Shown here in pieces: positions 56,424 to 64,000 of a stretch of DNA of 64,000 nt (within the stretch, counting starts at the first letter, position 1; each line of letters starts with the position of its first letter). The notes below the pieces were generated by a model. It had not been told where the DNA came from, made no database searches, and saw only the letters and a list, made by a program, of their open reading frames with translations. This stretch comes from Sedimentisphaerales bacterium (GTDB lineage Bacteria > Planctomycetota > Phycisphaerae > Sedimentisphaerales > Anaerobacaceae), in contig OY970194.1 of the NCBI GenBank assembly GCA_963708075.1, positions 4,064,001 through 4,128,000 of the forward strand. The letters run 5' to 3'. Made by a program: the position numbers and the translations under genes.

Positions 56424-57517
56424 TCATGGCAGCATCCTGCCCGGGTCGCCGGGAGTTCCGAGAACCCCTGGTATAGGAGCAATACGCTCAAAGCCACCCC
56501 GCTTGGCATACCATTGGGCCGTTTCGCGCAGGCGTTCAGCCAGGGCGGCCGCGGGCGACCAGCTCAGGTGTGTGCGAGCTTTCGCGGATGAGCACATCCA
56601 CGACCCGGCCAGGGCTTCAGTCATCTTGTCGCTGTTCACCCAAGCGGGGCGCTGCCGGATCCGCCCTATCGCGTCACCGCAGAGCCCAGCCAGTCGCACC
56701 AGTGGCCCGGGCAGGTGTACTACGACGGTGCACGCTTCTTTCCCAATGCTGTGGCCATTACCTGTCCGAGTTCGGCGTATGTCGGATAGTCATCCGCTGC
56801 CATGAAGTAGATGCCTTGCCCAGGCGATCCATTGGGGTGCAGGCGCTCGCCTTTCTCGGCTGCAAGGAGCAAACCCTCGACCAGGTCGGCTACGTGGATC
56901 AGCGAGAAGCATCGCTCGTCCAGACCCGGCACAACATGGATACCCCAGCGTGCGATCGGCCGGAACATTTTAAGCATGCCCCTGTCACCGGGACCAAAGA
57001 CCATCGGCGGACGTACAATACTGATCGGCACCGCTGTGGCATATCTGGCTGTGGCCTGTTCTCCGGCCAGCTTGCTGCAACCGTAAGCTGAAACAGGCAT
57101 CGGCGCATCGCTTTCTACCCGAGGTCGGCCAACGGCGCAAGGCCCCGCTGCGGCCAGCGAGGACACCACTACTAACACCGGCTTGTCAGTGCAGTCAGCG
57201 CAGGCGGCAGCGACGGATTCGATACCACCTGCGTTCACACGCAGGAAATCGTCTGTCCGCAGCGCCTTCGTCAGCCCGGCCAGGTGGAACACAATACCGG
57301 CCTGCGACACCGCCAGTGCCCGTCCAATGCTGGCCCCATCGGTCACATCGCCAGTGACCAACTGAGCGCCGGCCGACCTCAGATCCTCGATGCACGAGGT
57401 GGCTCGCACCAGACATGACACCCGATCGCCAAGCTCGGTCAGCCGTTGTACCAGGTGCCGCCCGATGAAGCCACTGGCCCCTGTCACCAGCACGGGTTTT
57501 GGAACCCTATTGTTCAT
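56424..57517 (-). CDS. NAD(P)-dependent epimerase/dehydratase-family SDR (CerR candidate), -1 frameshift near 56731
   Basis: TGASGFIG, VFHLAG, VSSLAA, YGCSKLAGE (YxxxK), RPP.VFGP.D; continues into ORF 56424-56699. Confidence 0.85.
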
Positions 57518-57899
57518 AGTCGTATAAGACACCTTTCAAAGGGCGTCAAGTGCTTGGTGTTGCGAGCTTAGTCTGATACCATATCGTCTTGCTGACCACG
57601 AGGCACGGGCCGCGAGGGACCATGAACGTACACCCTCGGGCTCTGGGACAGTCGCACCGGGGTTTAGAGAGAGGCAAAGATGTTGAAGTCTGCTCATGCG
57701 AAGCACTTTAGCCACACTCGTCCATGGGCTTCGGTTCCCCCGACCCCTCGCTCGTCCAGTGCGGCTATGACTCCAATGCATTTGCAGAGCCCGCCCGAAC
57801 CCGCGGGCTTTGTGAAAGCCTCTCCGCCCCATTCCTTGTAAAAAGGTAGCTCGTCGAGAACGGCCGTCATACAACCGGAAAACCACGGACAGATTGATT

Positions 57900-57968
57900 G
57901 CTGTGGCACTCATCTCCATTCCCGTACTTCGAGGTTTGCATTACAGGTATGTCCGCATAGCCGCATAG
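57900..57968 (+). mobile_element. Tiny C-terminal remnant of an rve-type transposase
   Basis: IPVLRGLHYRYVRIAA-stop resembles the P.LGGLHH.Y.R.A terminus of these transposases. Confidence 0.5.
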
Positions 57969-58070
57969 ACTGTCGAACAGATGTTTACTCTCGTCTCGAC
58001 ACTCCCCCCGATTCCTCGACGTGTTGTGCGAAAAGCGCCCTGTTGGCTCATTAGGCGCCATTCGAATGGG

Positions 58071-58430
58071 TCAACGCGCTGCCAACTTCGCCGGTCCTGA
58101 TCTCACATCGCCGTCAAGACAGGGTTTTTTGGAGGGACATGTGATCGCTTCCAGCGCCCCATCTATCGCTCCGTCCAACCGATCTGCGATCTCGTAGGTG
58201 CCCTCGGTAATCTGACGACGGATGCTCAGCACTTTGCCTCGCCGGATGTGGGGCGAGCATGCGATCCTCTTCAACACCCCCTCCCAAGGCGTGCTACTCA
58301 TATTCTCAAGGATCTGCTCCATCAATCCATCGTCGTTTGGCGAAGCATCACGCCCTTGGTTGTTTCCTGCGTCCTGCGATTTACGGCGACCTGTGGATTG
58401 CAGCCTCGGCATCTCGAATAGTGTTGCCAT
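58071..58430 (-). CDS. FlgM-like (anti-sigma28 C-terminal motif) protein
   Basis: IRRGKVLSIRRQITEGTYEI matches the FlgM R..KV..IK..I..G.Y pattern; GAGG RBS. Confidence 0.62.
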   Translation of the reverse strand: MATLFEMPRLQSTGRRKSQDAGNNQGRDASPNDDGLMEQILENMSSTPWEGVLKRIACSPHIRRGKVLSIRRQITEGTYEIADRLDGAIDGALEAITCPSKKPCLDGDVRSGPAKLAAR

Positions 58431-58564
58431 AATTGCCTCTTAGCTTATCATCCAAATGTGTGGTTCGCGGCCTGATCCCACAATACCTTGTAGCCCATCC
58501 AAATCCGCCCCCTGGGCCCAAAATCAACTCAGCAGCGAGAGTGCAAAGCATAGAACACAGCCAT

Positions 58565-58639
58565 TCTCTATCCTTTTCTCTTTTGGCTTTCTATGGGGTA
58601 TAACCCTACCAGGGACTGTTTTATAGGATGTATCCCCAC
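58565..58639 (-). promoter_or_regulatory. Two palindromic boxes plus promoter
   Basis: Minus strand: GTGGGGATACATCCTAT (58623-58639), GTAGGGTTATACCCCAT (58593-58609), TAGAAA-17-TAGAGA. Confidence 0.72.
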
Positions 58640-59027
58640 CGGGTGAGCGGTCCGGACTCAAAGCCCCGGCCATGACTCTGTCCGCATGACGTGACGAATC
58701 GGCAGGCTTGGCCGTCACTCCATCGCTCATCACGGGCGGCTGTCACTCCAACGCGTCGGTCAGCCAGCGGCGAACCCGTCGCCAATTGAAGACGAGAACC
58801 CCCGCGTTGTCTCGCTGCGTCTCCCTTGCCAAAGAAACGCGGGGCTCTTCGTTGCGCTGAGCAGCATGAAACCCCCGATAGAGAAGAGAACTGACTTCGT
58901 CGCTTTACAGGCAATCACTTCCGGACGGCGGGCAACCCAAGCTCGTTGGGCTTTCGTCAACCTGTCCAGTTCGTCGCACTTTTGCGGCTGGGGGGCCCTT
59001 TTCGGGGAGTGCATCCAACAAGTCCAG

Positions 59028-59072
59028 GTAGGGTTACACCCCACAGACGGGAAACGACCCACGACGTAGTAT
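59028..59072 (+). promoter_or_regulatory. Palindromic box plus promoter
   Basis: GTAGGGTTACACCCCAC, CAGACG-17-TAGTAT. Confidence 0.8.
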
Positions 59073-59148
59073 ATCTGAAAGGATAGGGCGAAGAACGCAG
59101 CAAAGGAACAAAGTGTGAAGCGTGTTATGATTCTTGAAGGAAGATTCC

Positions 59149-59427
59149 ATGAGTAAGTACATGACTCAGTCGAAAACGACGCAGATGTCCGCAATGCAAC
59201 AGGGGCACAAAGCCTCGCATCCCGGGCCGGCTGCTGCTGCCATGCCTACGCACAAAGAAATTGCCAAGCGGGCATATGAGATTTACGTCGAGAGGGATTG
59301 CCGGCAGGGCCAAAGTGAACTGAACTGGCTGCAAGCCGAACAGGAGTTGAAGAACCAAGAGAACTGGCTGCAATCCGGACCAGATATGGAAAACCAAGAC
59401 CAGGTTGGGGACCCTGCGGCCTATTGA
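59149..59427 (+). CDS. DUF2934-domain protein (copy 2)
   Basis: Near-identical to 43810-44049 with a different C-terminus. Confidence 0.85.
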   Translation: MSKYMTQSKTTQMSAMQQGHKASHPGPAAAAMPTHKEIAKRAYEIYVERDCRQGQSELNWLQAEQELKNQENWLQSGPDMENQDQVGDPAAY

Positions 59428-59504
59428 ACCATACAGGCGGGGCCACGCGTGACGTCCACGGCAGTGGCCTCCGTCGTTATTGAGAACATCGAAAGGAGTC
59501 TATC

Positions 59505-59669
59505 ATGGGATTTATACTATTACTTGTGTTGATCGTGCTGCTCTTGGGTGGCCTGCCCAGGTGGGGCTACAGCCGCAATTGGGGTTATGCCCCCAGCAGC
59601 GTCTTGGGGCTGCTATTGGCGGTCGTGCTGTTGCTCCTACTTATGGGGTACATCCCCCGCAGCTTCTGA
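59505..59669 (+). CDS. DUF3309-family small membrane protein (copy 2)
   Basis: MGFILLLVLIVLLLGGLPRWGYSRNWGYAPSS; AGGAG RBS. Confidence 0.85.
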   Translation: MGFILLLVLIVLLLGGLPRWGYSRNWGYAPSSVLGLLLAVVLLLLLMGYIPRSF

Positions 59670-59724
59670 GCCGCTGGTCCCTGACTCGGCTAAAACTCTA
59701 TCCAGACTCATTGGTGGTATATTT

Positions 59725-59961
59725 ATGGCACGCATGCTTCTCGCGCTCGTTCTGATCGTGGCCGTTGTCGCCGGCCTGGGCTTCTACATGGGGTGGTTCC
59801 ATTTCTCGTCGGGCAGCGACAGCAACAGTGCGCACGTCACTATGTCGATGGACAAAGGCCAAATCCAAAAGGACAAGGACAAAGCGGTGGACAAGGTGCA
59901 AGACCTGGGACAACAAGCGAAGGACAAGGTCGCAACGACGACCCCGAAAGGTCAGGAATAG
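59725..59961 (+). CDS. Small membrane-anchored hydrophilic protein
   Basis: TM (LLALVLIVAVVAGLGFYMGWF) plus Lys/Asp-rich tail. Confidence 0.7.
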   Translation: MARMLLALVLIVAVVAGLGFYMGWFHFSSGSDSNSAHVTMSMDKGQIQKDKDKAVDKVQDLGQQAKDKVATTTPKGQE

Positions 59962-60094
59962 GCCGCCTCCCTCGTGTTCCGTTTGCAGTACGATCCGCTC
60001 ACCAACAACCTCATGGGGGAAGTACGGATCCGTCGGGACGCCATGGTCGCCGCTTGGCCAAAGTGGCGGAACTCGAAAGCCGGGAGGCACCCTA

Positions 60095-60190
60095 ATGAAG
60101 AACAATCCTCTGACGATATTGGGAACGCTGAGCCAATCCATCCGGCTGGACTACATCCGGCGAGATCTGACCGCCAGCGGCGGGCTTCCA
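60095..60190 (+). pseudogene. Transaldolase N-terminal remnant
   Basis: MKNNPLTILGTLSQSIRLDYIRRDL resembles the Tal start (..GQSIWLD.I.R.L); GGAGG RBS. Confidence 0.65.
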
Positions 60191-60191
60191 C

Positions 60192-60524
60192 CAAAAGCGA
60201 CCGTTTACCCGGGCTCAGTTTCGGCACTTCATGTTCGCGCAATCGAAACCTTACCCCGAGATGATCGCGCTGGTCGCTCAGCTCAAGGCCCGGCACGGGC
60301 TGAAGGTCGCCGTGGTCAGCAACGAAGGGCGCGAACTGAATGCGTATCGGATTCGCAAGTTCAAACTGAACGGGTTTGTGGATTCCTTTATTTCCTCCTG
60401 CTTCGTCCAAGTCGCGGAAGGTCTGGGGATTCGAAGCATTCTTCACACGGATTACAGGTCCACGTGCGCCAAACTGGCTTCGTTCGGACTACAGAATGAC
60501 GAAGGAGTCAGCCATGCCCGTTGA
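60192..60524 (+). pseudogene. HAD-family phosphatase remnant with internal deletion
   Basis: FMFAQSKPYPEMI, VVSNEGRELN, FISSCFV then directly VAEGLGI; the KP motif region and the N-terminus are missing. Confidence 0.65.
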
Positions 60525-61485
60525 ATTCAAGGACTACTACGACGTCCTCGGTGTGGCTCGAGACGCGAGCGGCGAGGAAATCAAGAAGGCATTCCGAAAG
60601 CTCGCCCACAAGTATCACCCTGACGTTGCCAAAGATAAGATCACGGGCGAGGCAAAGTTCAAGGAAATCAACGAGGCCAACGAAGTCCTCAGCGACCCGG
60701 AGAAACGGCGAAAGTATGATCAGTTGGGAGCAAACTGGAACCATCCGGAACGGCAGCCGCCGCCACCGCGGGGGGGATTCGGTGGAGGTTACGAAGAGGC
60801 TTCGGAAGTCCATTTCGATGGCACGGGCTTCAGCGATTTCTTCGAGCAGTTCTTCGGCAGTCGCGGTCGTCCATCCGGTGGTTTCGGCCAAACACGGGGG
60901 GATGTCACGGGAGGAGGGACCGTCGCCCAGCGCGGCCAGGATATTGAGGCCGACATCCTGGTGACGCTGGACGAGATCCTGCATGGTTCGACGCGCACGA
61001 TCCAACTGCAGCGTGCCGATCCACGCACCGGGCAATCGGTCAAGCAGACTCTGCGGGTGAAAATCCCACCCGGCGTTCGGGAAACGCAGCTCATCCGTCT
61101 CGCGGGCAAAGGCCAGGAAGGCATTGGCGGAGGCGACTCGGGAAACCTGTATTTGAGGGTGAAATTCGCCCAGCACCCCGATTTCCGTGTGCGCGGCGCC
61201 GACCTGTATTACGATTTGGATCTGGCCCCGTGGGAAGCGGTGCTGGGTACTACCGTCCACATCCCCACTGTGGATGGAACGGTGTCCTTGAAAATCCCGG
61301 CGGGCACCATGGCTGAACGGCAATTACGTTTACGCGGGAAAGGTTTGCCCACGAGCAACGGAGCACGGGGCGATCTGTATGCCGTCGTGTCCATCCAGGT
61401 CCCGGTGCATCTGACGCCGGAACAAAAAGTCCTCTGGGAACAGTTGGCCACAAGATCGACCTTCAACCCGAGGCAACTCTCATGA
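60514..61485 (+). CDS. cbpA: DnaJ class B chaperone (CbpA-like)
   Basis: [23 protein letters not shown], no Zn finger, APWEAVLG. Confidence 0.9.
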   Translation: MPVEFKDYYDVLGVARDASGEEIKKAFRKLAHKYHPDVAKDKITGEAKFKEINEANEVLSDPEKRRKYDQLGANWNHPERQPPPPRGGFGGGYEEASEVHFDGTGFSDFFEQFFGSRGRPSGGFGQTRGDVTGGGTVAQRGQDIEADILVTLDEILHGSTRTIQLQRADPRTGQSVKQTLRVKIPPGVRETQLIRLAGKGQEGIGGGDSGNLYLRVKFAQHPDFRVRGADLYYDLDLAPWEAVLGTTVHIPTVDGTVSLKIPAGTMAERQLRLRGKGLPTSNGARGDLYAVVSIQVPVHLTPEQKVLWEQLATRSTFNPRQLS

Positions 61486-61819
61486 GCAAGCGATTTGTTC
61501 CGGACAGCCCCCCCACCCCTGGCGATGGAGTTGTTTCAGCCGCAGCCAAACGTTTTGTACAACCTCGATGCGACTGCACATCTCGCGGGTGTCCCACGCC
61601 GTTCCATTCTGATCTATTGTCGCGCCGGCCTTGTACGACCTGTCGTTCAACCGCCGTATGGGGTGATGGGATTCACGGAAGAGGCGATTTATACCATGCG
61701 GCGAATCGAGGGCTTGCGAACCGTTTACGGCCTCGATTTAGCCTGGATCAAAACCATGTTCGATCTGCTCGACGAGGTGGAGCGCCTGCGCCGAGTTGCG
61801 CTTTTTGCGCAGCCATTGA
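61482..61819 (+). CDS. CbpM/MerR-like modulator, apparent frameshifts near 61510 and 61790
   Basis: ATGA overlap with cbpA; YC..GLV.P, RRIE.LR..YG.DL; corrected end [15 protein letters not shown]. Confidence 0.65.
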
Positions 61820-61849
61820 CAAGGCGAACATACACGAGGCTTATACTCT

Positions 61850-63130
61850 ATGGCGACGAAACTCGACCAAACCTGTGTCTTGGCGATCAACGGCGGCTCG
61901 TCGAGCATCAGGTTCGCTCTGTACGAGGTGGGTGAGGCGCTGGAGCAAAGGCTTCATGGGAAGGTTGACCGCATCGGCCTGAGCGGGACGAATCTAACGT
62001 TTCATGACCCGGATGGCAAGCCGCAGGCCAGTTGCAGCCTCGCCGCCGCCGATCACAAATCGGCCGCGAGTTTCCTGATTGATTGGTTTGAAGGGCAGAA
62101 GGCCTTCGCTTCGGTCAAGGCTGTGGGACACCGAGTGGTGCATGGCATGACGCATTCCGAGCCGGAACGGGTCACGCCGGGGTTGATTGATGAATTGCAT
62201 CGTATCACGCCGTATGACCCGGATCATTTGCCCCGCGAGATTGAACTGATTGAGGCGTTCCGCCAGCGTCATCCGAAACTGCCCCAGGTGGCCTGTTTTG
62301 ACACGGCGTTTCATCACACCATGCCGCGTGTCGCCAAGTTGCTGCCGATTCCGCGACGCTTCGACACAAAAGGAGTCAAGCGCTACGGTTTTCACGGTTT
62401 GTCCTATGCCTATCTGATGGAAGAACTCGCGCGCCTCGGCGACCCGGCGGCAACGACTGGCCGTGTGATCCTCGCGCATCTCGGCAATGGCGCCAGCCTG
62501 GCTGCCGTGCGTGACGGCAAAAGCATCGATACCAGCATGGGCTTCACGCCCACGGCAGGATTGGTGATGAGCACCCGCTCCGGCGATTTGGATCCTGGCC
62601 TGGCGCCGTATCTGGCGCGAACTGAGCAGATGACCACAGAACAGTTTTACGAAATGGTGAACCACGAGTCCGGGCTGCTCGGCGTTTCGGAGACCAGTTC
62701 CGACATGCGGGACCTGCTCGCGCGGGAAGCCGATGACGTGCGTGCGGCGGAAGCCGTGGCGATGTTCTGCTACCAGGCGAAGAAATGGATCGGCTCCTTC
62801 GCCGCCGCGCTCGGTGGATTGGACACGCTCGTCTTCGCGGGAGGTATCGGCGAAAATGCGCCACTCGTCCGCGCTCGCATTTGTGAAGGGTTGAGCTTCC
62901 TCGGCATTGAACTGAATGAGTCGCGCAACGCGGAAACTGCGGGGGTGATTTCCACGGACGCCAGCCGGGTTGCGGTCCGCGTCATTCGCACGGACGAAGA
63001 ACTGATGATCGCCCGCTCGGCGTGCCGTGTATTCCGACTTGGCATGGCCAGTGAAAGAGGGAATTCCGACCATGCAACGAAATACATCTGTCGGCTGGAT
63101 CCGTTGTCAGAGGGCGGTGTGCCCCCATAA
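61850..63130 (+). CDS. ackA: Acetate kinase (copy 2)
   Basis: INGGSSS, GHRVVHG, CFDTAFH, YGFHGLSY, HLGNGAS, DTSMGFTP, FAGGIGEN, TDEELMIA. Confidence 0.93.
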   Translation: MATKLDQTCVLAINGGSSSIRFALYEVGEALEQRLHGKVDRIGLSGTNLTFHDPDGKPQASCSLAAADHKSAASFLIDWFEGQKAFASVKAVGHRVVHGMTHSEPERVTPGLIDELHRITPYDPDHLPREIELIEAFRQRHPKLPQVACFDTAFHHTMPRVAKLLPIPRRFDTKGVKRYGFHGLSYAYLMEELARLGDPAATTGRVILAHLGNGASLAAVRDGKSIDTSMGFTPTAGLVMSTRSGDLDPGLAPYLARTEQMTTEQFYEMVNHESGLLGVSETSSDMRDLLAREADDVRAAEAVAMFCYQAKKWIGSFAAALGGLDTLVFAGGIGENAPLVRARICEGLSFLGIELNESRNAETAGVISTDASRVAVRVIRTDEELMIARSACRVFRLGMASERGNSDHATKYICRLDPLSEGGVPP

Positions 63131-63136
63131 TCCACG

Positions 63137-63181
63137 GTAGGTGTATACCCCATAACGAAGCCGCCCCGGCCGGCGCAATAT
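63137..63181 (+). promoter_or_regulatory. Palindromic box plus promoter
   Basis: GTAGGTGTATACCCCAT, TAACGA-17-CAATAT. Confidence 0.68.
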
Positions 63182-63253
63182 AGGTGATGGCACCAGCCTC
63201 AGCCGGACGCCAACAGCAAACAAGAACGAAAAACATAAAGAAAGGAATAGTAC

Positions 63254-63715
63254 ATGAAGAACCACACGACTACGAACCTCGTCATCTGTTCAAGCCTGGC
63301 ACTGGCCTTGGCCCTGGTCATCTGGTCTCCAGTCCAAGTGCGATCCGCCGAGCCTGCGGAGCGGAAGAACGTGACGGAGGCCAAAATGATGGAACGCTGC
63401 CAGGCGATGAAGGAACAGAAACAGAAAATGATGGCAGAAATGAAGACGCAGGACGCCGAACTCACCGCGCAGGTCGCCAAGATGAACAGCGCGCCGGAGG
63501 ACAAGAAGTTAGACCTGATAGCCGCCGTGGTCACCCGCATGGTGGAGCAGCGGACTGCCATGAATGTGCGAATGGCAAAGATGCAGGAGGAGATGATGCA
63601 GCACATGATGCAGCACATGCAGATGGGCAAGGAATCCATGTCGCAGTGCCCGATGATGAAGGGCATGAAGGACATGGACGAAAAATCGGGGGCTGGTCAA
63701 AAAGAACAGAAATGA
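63254..63715 (+). CDS. Exported Met-rich helical protein
   Basis: Signal peptide; about 23 Met in 153 aa (MMQHMMQHMQM, CPMM); AAGGA RBS. Confidence 0.8.
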   Translation: MKNHTTTNLVICSSLALALALVIWSPVQVRSAEPAERKNVTEAKMMERCQAMKEQKQKMMAEMKTQDAELTAQVAKMNSAPEDKKLDLIAAVVTRMVEQRTAMNVRMAKMQEEMMQHMMQHMQMGKESMSQCPMMKGMKDMDEKSGAGQKEQK

Positions 63716-63853
63716 TTGCTGAGCACCACGATGCCCTGCGACGAACGGTTGCTGCGGGGCATCGTGGCGGCTACATCAAGTGACACGCCTGCCTCCGGTC
63801 ACGGCCTGGATTGTCTGGTGGTGGGCTGGTCGCTGCGCAACGAAAAGTGCTTT

Positions 63854-63967
63854 ATGATGAATCATACAGACGGATGGATGGGCGGAGGGATGTGGATTTG
63901 GGCGGTGATCAGCGTAGCGGTGGTGGCCCTGCTGGTCGTCGTGATTATCAAGCTGTACAAGAAATAA
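63854..63967 (+). CDS. 37-aa single-TM micropeptide
   Basis: MMNHTDGWMGGGMWIWAVISVAVVALLVVVIIKLYKK. Confidence 0.55.
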   Translation: MMNHTDGWMGGGMWIWAVISVAVVALLVVVIIKLYKK

Positions 63968-64000
63968 TCGAGCGTTCACGATCCACCTGTGAAGTAAACC

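Overview
This is a bacterial accessory-rich window. It is probably from a Planctomycetota (Phycisphaerae/Sedimentisphaerales-like) genome, inferred from the VPAPG...GWLRRRR sorting signal and the beta-helix surface protein. (1) 1-23.4 kb holds glycogen-mobilisation and fermentation genes (glgX, pgi, pgm, rpiB, glgP, histidine phosphatase <- -> fba, xfp, ackA), a HlyD/OMF/RbbA/YhhJ exporter, a LOG protein and a beta-CASP nuclease. (2) 23.4-31.4 kb is a mosaic of IS remnants, uup, a divergent DnaB paralogue, a 3'-5' exonuclease and a molybdopterin-enzyme fragment. (3) 31.5-36.6 kb is a signalling operon: RsbU_N-like protein, CheB-CheR-PAS fusion, PAS histidine kinase and NarL-type response regulator. 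(4) 36.7-64 kb appears to be its regulon. A 17-bp palindrome (RTRGGG-N5-CCCCAY) overlaps a sigma70-like -35 and sits a near-constant 17 bp (once 18) from a -10 in nine clear copies plus one degenerate copy. The copies lie upstream of stress microproteins, a PEP-CTERM-like protein, an FlgM-like protein, a Met-rich periplasmic protein and a putative ceramide/sphingolipid pathway (FAAL-ACP-aminoacyl-transferase fusion, DUF4833, bCerS-like GNAT, CerR-like SDR). Three leaders share a covarying hairpin with an ANGGA loop (CsrA-type site). About ten single-base frameshifts are probably assembly errors. No rRNA, tRNA or CRISPR array was seen.
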